The notes below the pieces were generated by a model. It searched no databases, had not been told where the DNA came from, and saw nothing but the letters and a program-made list of their open reading frames with translations. Both the position numbers and the translations under genes were made by a program. A stretch of DNA of 64,000 nt from Eledone cirrhosa (Eukaryota), in the NCBI GenBank assembly GCA_964016885.1, contig OZ024743.1:128588001-128652000 (forward strand), read 5' to 3'. The stretch's first letter is position 1. Each line of letters opens with the position of its first letter. Shown one piece after another: positions 40,093-52,790 of this stretch.

Positions 40093-40343
40093 CATATATA
40101 TACATACGTATCTATATATACATACATATATATATACATACATATATATATATATACATACATATATATATACACATTGCAATACATGGACACACTAGAA
40201 GGGGAAGACCAAGGTTAACGTATGTTGATGCCCTAAGGACAGACACTGGTCTGTTGGAGACGCAGGACATGGCAGCGATAATGAGGGACAGAGACGGCTG
40301 GAGAGAACTTATCCATGGATCTCGGGAATTTTACCGGCCTTAG
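39722..40343. mobile_element. Rearranged fragments of another RTE LINE, inverted pair
   Basis: [15 protein letters not shown] on the minus strand (39722-39880) and plus strand (40183-40343); [22 protein letters not shown] at 39911-39987. Confidence 0.8.
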
Positions 40344-40349
40344 ATATAT

Positions 40350-40414
<65 letters not shown>

Positions 40415-40489
40415 TATCTATACATATATATATATATATACATATATATACATATATATATATATATACATATATATACATACATATGC

Positions 40490-40525
<36 letters not shown>

Positions 40526-40639
40526 TTGTATATATACATATATATACATACATATATATATATACATACAAATACATATATACATATATATACATACATA
40601 TATATATATACATATATATACATACATATATATATATAC

Positions 40640-40678
<39 letters not shown>

Positions 40679-40917
40679 CATATATATATACATATATATA
40701 CATACATATATATATATATACATATTTATACATACATATATATATATACATACATATTTATACATACATATATATATATACATACATATTTATACATACA
40801 TATATATATACATACATATATATATACGTATATATACATATATATATACATACATATGTGTATATACATATATATATATATATATACATATATATACATA
40901 CATATATATATATATAT

Positions 40918-41157
40918 ATGGTGGCTGCCAACTCGTTTTCGAGTATGGCCACTACTTTATATCCATGTAGGAGAACCCCTACCGACGCGCTGAACAAGTG
41001 TGGCTTTTTAGTCCAGCCAACGACTTGAAAACTCTGGGAAGCCATGTTGTGAGCCCAACATCTTGGTTTATGGTGAACGGCTAAGCGTCGTTGGCAGTTT
41101 TGTATATCTTGGAAGCACTCTGTATGTCCTGCGATCTTGATGGGGAAACATATTTCC
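40918..41157 (-). mobile_element. C2H2-family LINE 3' end fused to an inverted RT-domain-7 fragment
   Basis: 40918-41036 matches the family 3' end; 41050-41157 reads [16 protein letters not shown] on the plus strand. Confidence 0.7.
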
Positions 41158-41198
41158 ATACATACGTACGTACATACATACATACATACATACATACA

Positions 41199-41231
<33 letters not shown>

Positions 41232-41277
41232 TTATACACATACATATATATATATATATATATACACATATATATAT

Positions 41278-41348
<71 letters not shown>

Positions 41349-41490
41349 TACATGTATATAACAACATAGTTATATATATATAAATATATGTATATATATA
41401 TATGTAAAAGGTAAACAGAAATAACAACACAATCGGTACAGTATATAGAAGGAATATATTAGGTTAACGCTTGAAATAGCAGGGAGAGGG

Positions 41491-41526
41491 TCTTAAAGTT
41501 TCGGACGCTAGTCCTTCATCAGAAGA
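41491..41526 (-). ncRNA. Ultra-minimal hammerhead ribozyme motif
   Basis: UCUU CUGAUGA A GGAC-UAGC-GUCC GAAA CUUU AAGA; stem III almost absent. Confidence 0.72.
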
Positions 41527-41612
41527 AAGAATGAGAAATAAGATAAATTGAGGAGACGGGCTTGCTGGTATATATATATACATATATGTTGTTATATATA
41601 TTTATATATACA

Positions 41613-41674
<62 letters not shown>

Positions 41675-41713
41675 CATTATATATCAATATATATATATAC
41701 CTATAACATAACT

Positions 41714-41744
<31 letters not shown>

Positions 41745-41812
41745 ACAACATAACTATATATATATATAAAACAACATAACTATATATATATAACAACAAT
41801 TATATATATATA

Positions 41813-42783
41813 CTAGCAGAATGGCCTGGCGTTGCTCGGGATTTGCTCTAGGGTTCTTATATATTTGATATATATTTATCCTTATCGAGCCTCGTGAAAT
41901 GAATACGTTTGTTTATAGTTTGTTATTGTGTATGCAAAAATATCTGTACACGAATATATTATATATATATATATTAAAATAACAGATTAAAGTTTAAGCA
42001 AAGAATCACTGCTTTCACACTCAACGGGATCTTCTGAAACTAAAAAAATCAATCTGTGAACGCAGAAAATGAATCGCTGCTTTCACCCTTAACGGGATCT
42101 TCTACCTAAAAGCAGTATGAAGTACACTAAGACTAACTGATGTAATCGTTGGCCTTGTTTGTTTATATTTTGCGTTTGTGTATGCAAAAATATCTGTCAG
42201 TGATGCATGTAATTATGTAATCGCCAGCCTTGTTTGTTTATATTTTGTTTTTGTGTATGCAAAAATATCTGTACACGAATATCTATATTAAAATAATATA
42301 CTAATGTTTAAGCAAAGAATCGCTGCTTTCAACCTTAACGGGATCTTCTGAAACTAAAAAAAATCAATCTGTGAACGCAGATGTAAATATTTCGAAAAAC
42401 GTTGCAACCGAAGGAAAACAGGAAGACGATAGTTTGGTTCGTGAAGACGTTCCCTGGCATAAGAATATATATACACACACACACTGATCGCGTCATAATG
42501 TCGTAATGCAGACAGCCAGGCATACACACAGATATTATGAAGGCGCGACGTCATATCTATGTATCTATCTAAAAAGAGAAAGACTAAGAGAAAGAGATCG
42601 CTAAATCGCCTAATGCGGTCCCTAGGGCATTGAAAATTTGATTTTTTTATTTTTTTTTTTTTGCTCAGAACACTCAATAGGACCATAAGTATTATATGTG
42701 TAAAGTTTGAAAAAAAACGGTTGCGTAGTTCTCGAGTTTTAGGAAAACAGATGCACAGACATTCTTTGTTTTATATATATAGA
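41813..42783 (-). mobile_element. Non-autonomous Helitron with both termini
   Basis: Minus strand: A|TCTATATATATAAAA 5' end; CCCGAGCAACGCCAGG hairpin-like motif then CTAG|T 3' end; internal tandem duplications; no TSD. Confidence 0.85.
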
Positions 42784-42862
42784 TATAACAATTATATATA
42801 TATATATATATATTATAAAATAACAGGAGGCTGGATTGGTGTAATTCCGTAAAAGGTTTATT

Positions 42863-42920
42863 ATACTATGATCATTTCAATGACCGGGTTCAGTATGAAT
42901 CCGGTGACATCATCAGGTAT
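42863..42920 (-). ncRNA. Type I hammerhead ribozyme with palindromic stem III
   Basis: AUAC CUGAUGA U[GUCACCGGAUUCAUACUGAACCCGGUCAUU] GAAA UGAUCA UA GUAU. Confidence 0.82.
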
Positions 42921-43066
42921 TCGAAATATAACAAAGGAATATAATAGACAAAATCCATGGGGCTGAAAAGCAGAGGGCGGCCGAACATTTAGCAGCTTCT
43001 CGCACGGTCAACCGCCCTCTAGTGATGATTATTAAGTCTTATGTCCTTGTGGTGAAGGGGCGTAGG

Positions 43067-43104
<38 letters not shown>

Positions 43105-43407
43105 TACATATATATTTATATTTATCTATCCTACTTAAACGTCTGTTTCGAGTTAGTAAGCCATGGCAAACTAGGAAAAGTATCGAGAACTGCTTAGTTG
43201 ATAATATAATCAAAACGAGCTAGTGAGACAAGTAATAAGAAAAGAGAAGAAAAAGAAAAAAAACTAACAACTAAAATTTAAAAAAATAGAAAATGAAAAA
43301 GAGGGGGGGGGGGATAAAATAACTAAAATAAAATTTCAAATATTGAAGGCCAATGAGAGAAAGATTAAGTCTAAGAAAACGAAAATGAAAAGAGAAAACA
43401 AGGGAAG

Positions 43408-43740
43408 CTAGAAGTTTCTCTTGAATCTTTTTGTAGCTTCCATGTGCTCAAAGATTTTGTTTATATTTTGTAGACCTGTAATCATATATTGAAGTTCCAA
43501 TCTTGGTACTTTTTTAAAGATTGGTTTCAGCATGGCCTCTCTCTCAGACTGATAGTTTCTACATTGTAACAAATAGTGCCAAAGAGAATCTGGAAAGTCC
43601 CCACAAGAACATAGAGGTGTATCTTTATAACCAGTTCTTAACAGAATGTAGTTCAAATATGTCCAGTTCAAAGCCAGCAAGGTCTTATTTTTTATTTACA
43701 TTACTCAATGATCGATAAGTTTTCAATGTTGTTAAATCTG
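43408..43740 (-). pseudogene. Non-LTR retrotransposon ORF2 C-terminus with CCHC knuckle
   Basis: LNYIL..G..DTPLCSCG...DSLWHYLLQC..Y..ER. Confidence 0.7.
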
Positions 43741-43743
43741 GTT

Positions 43744-43785
<42 letters not shown>

Positions 43786-43800
43786 CGCATATATCGATAC

Positions 43801-43832
<32 letters not shown>

Positions 43833-43834
<2 letters not shown>

Positions 43835-44175
43835 GGAGGCACATGGCTTAGTGGTTAGAGCATTGGCCTTGCAATCGAAAGGTTGTGAGTTCAATTCTCA
43901 GACTGGGTGATGTGTTGTTTCCTTGAGCAAGACACTTTATTTCACATTGCTCCAGTTTACTCAGCTGTAGAAATGAGATGATAGGGACTGGGGTCCCTAT
44001 CATTCCACTGCAAAGTGGTCGTGGAGGTGCCACGGCAAAAAAGCACCCAGCACTCACTGTAAATGAGGTTGGTGTTAGGAAGGGCATCCAGCTGTAGAAA
44101 TCAAGCCAGCATCAGTTCCCGTCCCACCCTTGCAAGCAGGGAAAAGTGGACGTAAAATGAAATGATGAATGATGA

Positions 44176-44179
<4 letters not shown>
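43833..44179 (+). mobile_element. Full-length family C SINE with RTE-derived 3' tail
   Basis: A box TGGCTTAGTGG, B box GAGTTCAATTC, CCTTGAGCAAGACACTT core; tail GGTTGGTGTTAGGAAGGGCATCCAGCTGTAGAAA shared with the RTE 3' UTR at 32945-32978. Confidence 0.9.
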
Positions 44180-44239
<60 letters not shown>

Positions 44240-44240
44240 G

Positions 44241-44284
<44 letters not shown>

Positions 44285-44615
44285 TACATATATATATATG
44301 CATACATATATATATATGCATACATATATATATATATATATATGCATACTTATATATATATGCATACATATATATATGCATACATATATATATGCATACA
44401 TATATATATATATGCATACATATATATATATATATACGCATACATATATATATATATACGCATACATATATATATATACGCATACATATATATATATATT
44501 CATACATATATGTGCATATATATATATACATATATGTGCATATATATTCCTACATATATGTGCATATATATACATACAAGTACGCATACATATATATTCA
44601 TACTTATATACCCCC

Positions 44616-44670
<55 letters not shown>

Positions 44671-44816
44671 CATATACACAGAGACCCATTTGGAATAATT
44701 CTGAAGACCCCCACGTTGAAAATCAGTGGTCTAAACAAAGCTTGCCTATATCTAAGCTGGCTAGCAGCCCGTGGCTGATGGCTGTTCACTTATGCATGGA
44801 AAATACTTGTAAAGAT

Positions 44817-45005
44817 AATTGTTTCTACTTTTGGCACAAGGCCAGCAATTACCCAGTGCATTACTGGTACTTTATTTTATCGACCCCGTAAGGATGAAAG
44901 GCAAAGTCAACCTCGGCGGGATTTGAACACAGACCGTAAAGGGACGTAACTATGCTGGAAAGCATGGCGTCCGACTCTCTACTGATACTGCCAATCCACC
45001 GCCCT
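44817..45005 (-). mobile_element. Family M SINE with 17-bp TSD
   Basis: ATACTTGTAAAGATAAT on both sides (~44803 and ~45006). Confidence 0.92.
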
Positions 45006-45059
45006 ATACTTGTAAAGATAATGAATTGACGAATAAGACAAACAATGGACAGAATATAT

Positions 45060-45790
45060 CTTTAATGATATCTTTGAAAATTGCATCCTGAACGTCGAAC
45101 TGCTCTTGTCTGTAAAGGGTTATTTGATATCAACTGGCTATTGTCGTTCTCCCTGAAGCACGGCTAACTGAGGATGGCTACCTAGAGGAAGCAGACTCAG
45201 CATACATCTTATTCTACAAAGATTGACCAGAAAATGAGCATTATGAAGCCAGAATTGGCAGTATCGGTAGAGGGTCGGACGCCATGCTTTGACGCATAGA
45301 GTTACGGCCCTTGCCATTCTGAGTTCAAATCCCGCCGAGGTTAACTTTGCCTTTCATCCTTACGGGGTCGATAAAATAAAGTACCAGTAATGTACTGGGT
45401 AATTTCTGGCCTTGTGCCAATAGTAGAAACAATTATGAAGCCGGAGTCAGTTTTGTTCTAAGAAGCCACCCTGGTGCAACATCTGACGGAGGTTCTGCGT
45501 GCTATCTACAATCGGATTATGATACTTAGGTTTAACCGTTGTATAACTTTGGTCAATGTATACCCTCCATCTTTTGTAAGTCACCCCGAAGAAATAGATA
45601 ATTTTCATGCGAATCTGCGAATAGTCTTGACAAATTTAAATAGGGATGACAAACGTCTAGTGTTGGGTGATGTGAATACTCCCGTTGGATGTGTCTCTAC
45701 TACAAGGCGTAGCATAGGTCGTCAAGGAATGGGAAAGTGTAATGGACTTCTGGTGCAGTTATTCCAGGAATACGATCTTGTCATAGGATA
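45060..45790 (+). pseudogene. RTE-type APE endonuclease remnant interrupted by a family M SINE (45251-45431)
   Basis: EARLTEDGYL..EAGVSFVL..NRIMILRF..TLVNVYPP..VLGDVN; SINE TSD ATTATGAAGCC. Confidence 0.75.
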
Positions 45791-46243
45791 CACAAATACG
45801 TATACATACGATATATAAATACATATATAAATATATACATACATATATATATTCATATATAAATATATAAATACATATATAAATATATACACACATATAT
45901 AAATATATACATACATATATAAATATATACATACATATATAAATATATACATACATATATAAATATATACATATATAAATATATACATATATATATATAC
46001 ATATATAAATATATACATACATATATATATATACATATATAAATATATACATACATATAAAAATATATACATACATATATAAATATATACATACATATAT
46101 AAATATATATAATATATATATATACATACATATATAAATAAATATATATATATATATAATATATATATATACATACATATATAAATATATATATATAATA
46201 TACGATATTAATAAATGGAAACTATATTGATAAAACCATATTT

Positions 46244-46306
46244 ATTTCATTATATATATTTCAAGGATACCAAGTTACATTATGGTATGCCTTCATCAGA
46301 CAAAAT
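46244..46306 (-). ncRNA. Type I hammerhead ribozyme
   Basis: AUUUUGU CUGAUGA AGGCAUACCA[loop]UGGUAUCCUU GAAA UAUAUA UA AUGAAAU. Confidence 0.8.
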
Positions 46307-46439
46307 GCAATATATAACAGTTTTATAAATAGACATTGACGTACCCCTTTAAAAATTGATATCCTGATGGCCCCCAAAAACAACGGTCAATTTTTAAAGG
46401 GGTACGTCAATGTCTATTTATAAAACTGTTATGTATTGT

Positions 46440-46497
46440 ATTTTGTCTGATGAAGGCATACCATAATGTAACTTGGTATCCTTGAAATATATATAAT
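46440..46497 (+). ncRNA. Hammerhead ribozyme mirror copy, disrupted at the cleavage site by a SINE
   Basis: Same core and stem II; the 3' strand of stem I is displaced to beyond 46697. Confidence 0.75.
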
Positions 46498-46684
46498 TGT
46501 TTCTACTTTAGGCACAAGGCCAGCAATTACCCAGTGCATTACTGGTACTTTATTTTATCGACCTCGTAAGGATGAAAGGCAAAGTCAACCTCGGCGGGAT
46601 TTGAACTCAGATCGTAAAGGGACGTAACTATGCTGGAAAGCATGGCGTCCGACCCTCTACCGATACTGCCAATCCACTGCCCTA
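46498..46684 (-). mobile_element. Family M SINE with 13-bp TSD
   Basis: AAATATATATAAT at 46485-46497 and 46685-46697. Confidence 0.92.
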
Positions 46685-46932
46685 AAATATATATAATGAA
46701 AATAAATATGGTTTTATCAATATAGTTTCCATTTATTAATATCGTATATCTACTCCAAATATTTGTCGAGTGCTTTATATCAGTTATAAAAATATTTGCT
46801 TGTTGTATCCTAACAATTTAAGTAAAACTTTTGCATATATATAATATATATATATACATATATACATATATAAATATATATATATAATATATGATATTAA
46901 ATAAATGGAAACTATATTTATAAAACCATATT

Positions 46933-46998
46933 TATTTCGTTATATATATTTCAGGGATATCATATTAACAATATGTTATGCCTTCTTCAGACAAAATA
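46933..46998 (-). ncRNA. Type I hammerhead ribozyme, diverged subfamily
   Basis: UAUUUUGU CUGAAGA AGGCAUAACAUA[..]UAUGAUAUCCCU GAAA UAUAUA UA ACGAAAUA; 8-bp stem I. Confidence 0.82.
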
Positions 46999-47361
46999 CA
47001 ATATAAACAGTCTTATAAATAAATAGATACGACATACCTTTCAATCACCTTGCATTTGGGAGGTTGATTTGGCAGTAAAAAATATAACTTTCCATATATA
47101 TATATATAATATATATATATACATATATACAATATATAAATATATATACATACATATATAAATATATATATAATACATATATATATAGAATATAGAATAT
47201 ATATATAATACATATATATATATATACAATATATAAATATATACATATATATACAATATATAAATATATACATATATATACAATATATAAATATATATAT
47301 ATACAATATATAAATATATATATATACATATATAAATATATATATATATATACATATATAA

Positions 47362-47392
<31 letters not shown>

Positions 47393-47944
47393 CATATATA
47401 AATATATATATATACATATATAAATATATATATATACATATATATATATACATATATATACAATATATAAATATATAAATATACATACATATATATATAT
47501 ATACAATATATAAATATACATACATATATATATATACAATATATAAATATATATATACAATATATAAATATATAAATATATAAAATATATATATATATAC
47601 ACATACAATATATAAATATATATATATATACAATATATAAAATATATATATATATACACATACAATATATAAATATATATATATATACAATATATAAATA
47701 TATATATATACACATATATAAATATATATATATGTATATATACATATATAAATATATATATATACATATATAAATATATATACATATATACACATATATA
47801 TACATATATACATATATATACATATATTATATATATTATATATATACATATATATATATAATATATAAATATATATATATACATATATATATAATATATA
47901 TATGTATATATATAATATATAAATATATATATATACATATATAA

Positions 47945-47975
<31 letters not shown>

Positions 47976-48013
47976 ATATATAAATATATATATATATATA
48001 TATTTTTTTTTAC

Positions 48014-48224
48014 TCGATCGACTTTCGTCAAATCGGACCGAGGGAACAATGTTTTCGTTGGTCTTTCCAGTTGCTAATACTATCTATCGGTCGCAACTCC
48101 AGGTAGAAGGAGCAACGTGAAATAAAGTGTAGTCAAGGACATAACGCATCGCCTGGTCCAGGAATCGAACTCACAACCTCAAGATTGTGAATCCAATTCT
48201 CTAACCACTCAGCCACACGCCTTC

Positions 48225-48225
<1 letters not shown>
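48014..48225 (-). mobile_element. Family C SINE, same subtype as 8424-8642
   Basis: Near-identical sequence. Confidence 0.9.
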
Positions 48226-48255
<30 letters not shown>

Positions 48256-48381
48256 CATATACATATATATATATACATATACATATAGATATATATGTAC
48301 ATATACATATAGATATATATATATACATATATACATATAGATATATATATATACATATACATATATACAATATATAAATAT

Positions 48382-48448
<67 letters not shown>

Positions 48449-48486
48449 AACATATATATATATATAAACATACATATATATATATA

Positions 48487-48544
<58 letters not shown>

Positions 48545-48779
48545 TTGTCCTCCGGGGAAACACCTTCTCCATTCTGTTCGCCGAGGCTCTGGGTGGGCCC
48601 CATTACGTACCGTTGTAGTTGTTGTATACAGATATGAACTCATCAATCCCATTGTCCTAATCTTATCAGTTACTGTTGATTGTTATGTATCTGTGTCTTT
48701 CTTGTTGTTCTGGTACCAGTCTTATTTAAAGTGTTATATTAACCCTTCAATGTTTAAACCGGCTAGAATAATTTATTAA

Positions 48780-49235
48780 TTATTGGTCGATTTTCATAAA
48801 ACATGTTTTATTTTGAAAAGTATAATGGTAGAAGTACAGTACTGTATTAAATTTCTACATAGGCACAAATGTTGTCCACCAGTGTTTGTAATCGTCTGGG
48901 TACATCGACTGCTTTCATTAGGAACTCGGGCGATATGTTGGTCAATACATGACGAATGCGTCGTAGTTTTGGTTTTGAGCAATAAACTTCTTCCTTCGCT
49001 CTACCCCACAGGAAAAATATCGCATGGCGTTAAGTCAGGGCTTCTTGCTGACCATTCATGTGGACTTCGACGACCTAGCCAACGCCCTGGGAATTTGACA
49101 CCAAGCTACTCACGGACAATGAGGAGGGGCCTTATCTTTCATGAATATGAAGTCACTGATGTTGTCCCAAGTGGTCACAGTAAGCCAAAAGTTATAAGTG
49201 ATTTTCAATAGGGAGTTTCTTTCCACCCACCCTGT
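48780..49235 (-). pseudogene. Internally deleted Tc1/mariner-superfamily element
   Basis: FMKDKAPPH and WSARSPDLTPCDIF (WPPRSPDL-like); TA-CAGGGTG terminus. Confidence 0.75.
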
Positions 49236-49358
49236 ATATACGTAAACACACACACACATGTATATATATGTATACATATTTAAAACAACAGAGGTCGGGC
49301 TGGAGTCGAAATATCCCATTAAAGTTTTAATGTTGCACAAAACACTATAAATAGTATA

Positions 49359-50286
49359 TCTATATATCTAAAACAGAGAATGTCTGTCTGTCCGCTCACT
49401 AAAACTCGAGAACCACCCATCCGATTGTTTTCAAACTTTACACATGTAACACTTATGGTCCTGTGAGTGTTTTGAAAAAAAAAAATTTCAAATTTTCAAT
49501 GCCCTATATATAGTGTGTAACGTTTTTCGAAATATTTACTTTTTTTATTTTAGTTTCAGAAGATCCCGTTAAGGGTGAAAGCAGCGATTCTTTGCTTAAA
49601 CTTTAATCTGTTATTTTAATATATATATATATATAGGCATAGGTTAAGAATAACGTCCTCGAAAATGAAAGTGGATTTTATGACAAGTGAATGTATTTTT
49701 TTTTTTTTACAGTGAAATTTACGATACACTCTTTGTTTATTTACAACAGGTCTCTATAGTGATATGGTGTTAATTAGTATTGCGTGTGTGATTATTTTCT
49801 CTTATATATATATGTGTGGGTGTGTATATGTGTATATATATATGTGTGTCTGTATGTATATATATATGTGTGTTTGTATATATATATGTGTTTGTGTCAT
49901 CATCATCGTTTAGATGTTTTTACCCAAATCCCTTATCATTCTCTGTCCTTCTTATGACCCGGCCTTAATTTGTTTATAGTTGGTGCCAACTTTGGCAAGA
50001 TATTACAAAAACATCTAAACGATGATGATGACACAAACACATATATATATACAAACACACATGTATATACATACAGATACACATATATATACACACATAT
50101 ACACACCCACACATATATATATAAGAGAAAATAATCACACACGCAATACTAATTAACACCATATCACTATAGAGACCTGTTGTAAATAAACAAAGAGTGT
50201 ATCGTAAATTTCACTGTAAAAAAAAACAAAAAACATTCACTTGTCAGAAAATTCACTTTCATTTTCGAGGACGTTATTCTTAACCT

Positions 50287-50339
<53 letters not shown>

Positions 50340-50454
50340 GTGTACAGATATTTTTGCATACACAATAACAAAATATAAACAAACGTATTTATTTCACAAG
50401 GCCCGATAAGGATAAATATATATCAAATATATAAAACCCGAGCCATTCTGCTAG
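49359..50454 (+). mobile_element. Non-autonomous Helitron carrying a nested fold-back insertion
   Basis: A|TCTATATATCTAAAA 5' end and CTGCTAG|T 3' end; homologous to 41813-42783; 3' hairpin partly deleted. Confidence 0.8.
49636..50291. repeat. ~285-bp inverted repeat with ~85-bp spacer, in (TA)n
   Basis: 49636-49920 is the reverse complement of ~50007-50291. Confidence 0.92.
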
Positions 50455-50567
50455 TGTATATATAAAGTTTACAAAAAGCTGCAATTCTTATTGTCACTAT
50501 ATATAAGTAAGCGTAATAACAAAACATACGGCACATTAGTGTAATGCATACATACATACACACACAC

Positions 50568-50610
<43 letters not shown>

Positions 50611-50632
50611 CACACACACACACACACTCATA

Positions 50633-50691
50633 TTTCAAGCACCGCCTTTCAATATTTCTTTTCTCAAATTGCAGGGTCTTTATAGACCACT

Positions 50692-50730
<39 letters not shown>

Positions 50731-50900
50731 TATATATATATATATATATTTGACCAAACTACTTTTCACTTCCTAGGTCAAGTGGTATTGAGTATAATTT
50801 ATTCCTGCACGCACACACATTTTGTTATGGAAGGCATCCAGCCGTTGAAAAAAGGTCTAGTCCAATCCATGGAAGAGTGTATGTATGTATGTGTGTGTAT

Positions 50901-50931
<31 letters not shown>

Positions 50932-51080
50932 ATACATACATACACTCTTCCATGGATTGGACTAGACCTTTTTTCAATGGCTGGATGCCTTCCATAACAA
51001 AGGAATAAATTATACTCAATATCACTTGACCGAGGAAGTGAAAAGTAGTTTGGTCAAATATATATATATATATATATATA

Positions 51081-51175
<95 letters not shown>

Positions 51176-51234
51176 AGTGGTCTATAAAGACCCTGCAATT
51201 TGAGAAAAGAAATATTGAAAGGCGGTGCTTGAAA
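50633..51234. repeat. ~600-bp near-perfect palindrome centred on (TA)n
   Basis: Arms mirror each other across the (CT)n/(AG)n and (TA)n tracts; centre at ~50910. Confidence 0.92.
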
Positions 51235-51379
51235 ACTACAACTGGTTGAAGTTCTGTACATGTAGAAGGAACCAAAAGGTAATTTCACCTGCACTATAAA
51301 TACCTGGATTACACTTTCATAAGCCAGCGTTGTCACCTCTGAGATATCAAAGGTCAGAAGACAAGGCGTTTTTATGATT

Positions 51380-51680
51380 GCAATCTTTTAGTTGTTAGGT
51401 TACTTGTAAGATCGTAAGTTCGATTCCCGGCGACGCGTTTTGTCCATGAGTAAGGCACGTTATTTCACGTTGCTCCAGTCCACTCAGCTGGCAAAAATGG
51501 GTTATACCTGTAATTTGAAGGGTCAACCTTGTAACCTTCTGTGTCACGCTGTATCTCATTGAGAACCACGTAAAGAGTACACGTGTCTGTGGAATGTTCA
51601 GCTACTTGCATGTTAATTACACGAGCAGATTGTTTCGTCGATCATATCAGCTGGAACACTCGTCATTGTAACCGACGAAG
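51380..51680 (+). mobile_element. Family C-related SINE (long form)
   Basis: GTTCGATTCCC B box and GGCACGTTATTTCACGTTGCTCCAGTCCACTCAGCTG core; 3' part related to 28110-28415. Confidence 0.7.
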
Positions 51681-52501
51681 TACCAGGATATCAATCTATC
51701 CTATAAGCTGCAACAAAATATTTCTGTACTATATTTTCAAATGTAGTGTCAATGCCTGGATATTTAATGCCCTAGGGCAGTTCTACAACAAGCGACACAT
51801 TTCTCCCAAAATAATCACAACTTAAGTCATACATCTAAAAAATAATCTCAACTTACAGTTGCAGAAGCTGACAATTCTAGTTTTTGACACTTCTTGCTCT
51901 GACCACACTAAGAAAATTATTAAGCTACCATTTCCCACTATACAGGCCACGCTTTCCTGTGCCAATTCATGTGACAAGTCATAAAACCATACGGTCCTCT
52001 CCACCACTTTTGGTTATTTCCAAAATGTTCATTGATTTATTTATTGATCGCGGGAAATTATTAACTATTTAACTCAACTATACATATTTGTGATCATAAC
52101 TGGGATCTTTCAACTTTCAATAAAGCATATCTCTGAGGTCTACGATCTAGGTAGCAGCCTAGTTGGTTTTAATTGAGATGCTGGTGCTGTTTAAATGTGT
52201 CTAAACTTGCTACCAATTTGGAAATCTATTTTGGACGAATGCACAAGGGCGTAAGTGTGTTCATGATGTCCGTGACAAAATTCGTGACGAATATAAAACA
52301 AAATAGAGTCCATGACAGACGGTACATCCTGGCCGAGACAAATAAATTTGTATCTTAACTATCACCAGGAGAGTATTAATACCATACAATTCTGAATCAA
52401 ATTGTTTGCACAAGCAAATAAGTTTATTTATTCATTTTCTTTCATAGCTATCGTGTTTCAGTAAAGCGAGTGGATTGATTGCTTAGCTTCTACAGAGAAA
52501 T

Positions 52502-52790
52502 AATTGTTTCTACGTTTGGCACAAGGCCAGCAATTACCCAGTGCATTACTGGTACTTTATTTTATCGACCCCGTAAGAATGAAAGGCAAAGTTAACCTCG
52601 GCGGGATTTGAACTCAGAATGGCAAGGGCCGTAACTCTATACGTCAAAGCATGGCGTCCGACCCTCTACCGATACTGCCAATCCACCGCCCTGCAGAAAA
52701 ATAATTGTTTCTACTTTAGGCACAAGGCCAGCAATTATCCAGCATATTACTGGTACTTTATTTTATCGACCCCGTAAGGATGAAAGGCAG
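52502..52790 (-). mobile_element. Tandem family M SINEs
   Basis: Full copy at 52502-52692 plus a truncated copy; CAGA(G/A)AAATAAT repeats at the junctions. Confidence 0.9.

Larger units (their letters stand above)
46198..46748. mobile_element. Palindromic HHR-bearing pLTR-like element, right arm split by a SINE
   Basis: 46201-46359 is the reverse complement of 46387-46497 plus 46698-46746. Confidence 0.85.

Noticed and set aside
43833-43910. tRNA-like sequences at SINE heads (also 8570-8642, 10279-10350)
   Set aside because: A/B boxes are present but the acceptor stem is poor and the sequence continues into SINE core and tail, so these are not tRNA genes.
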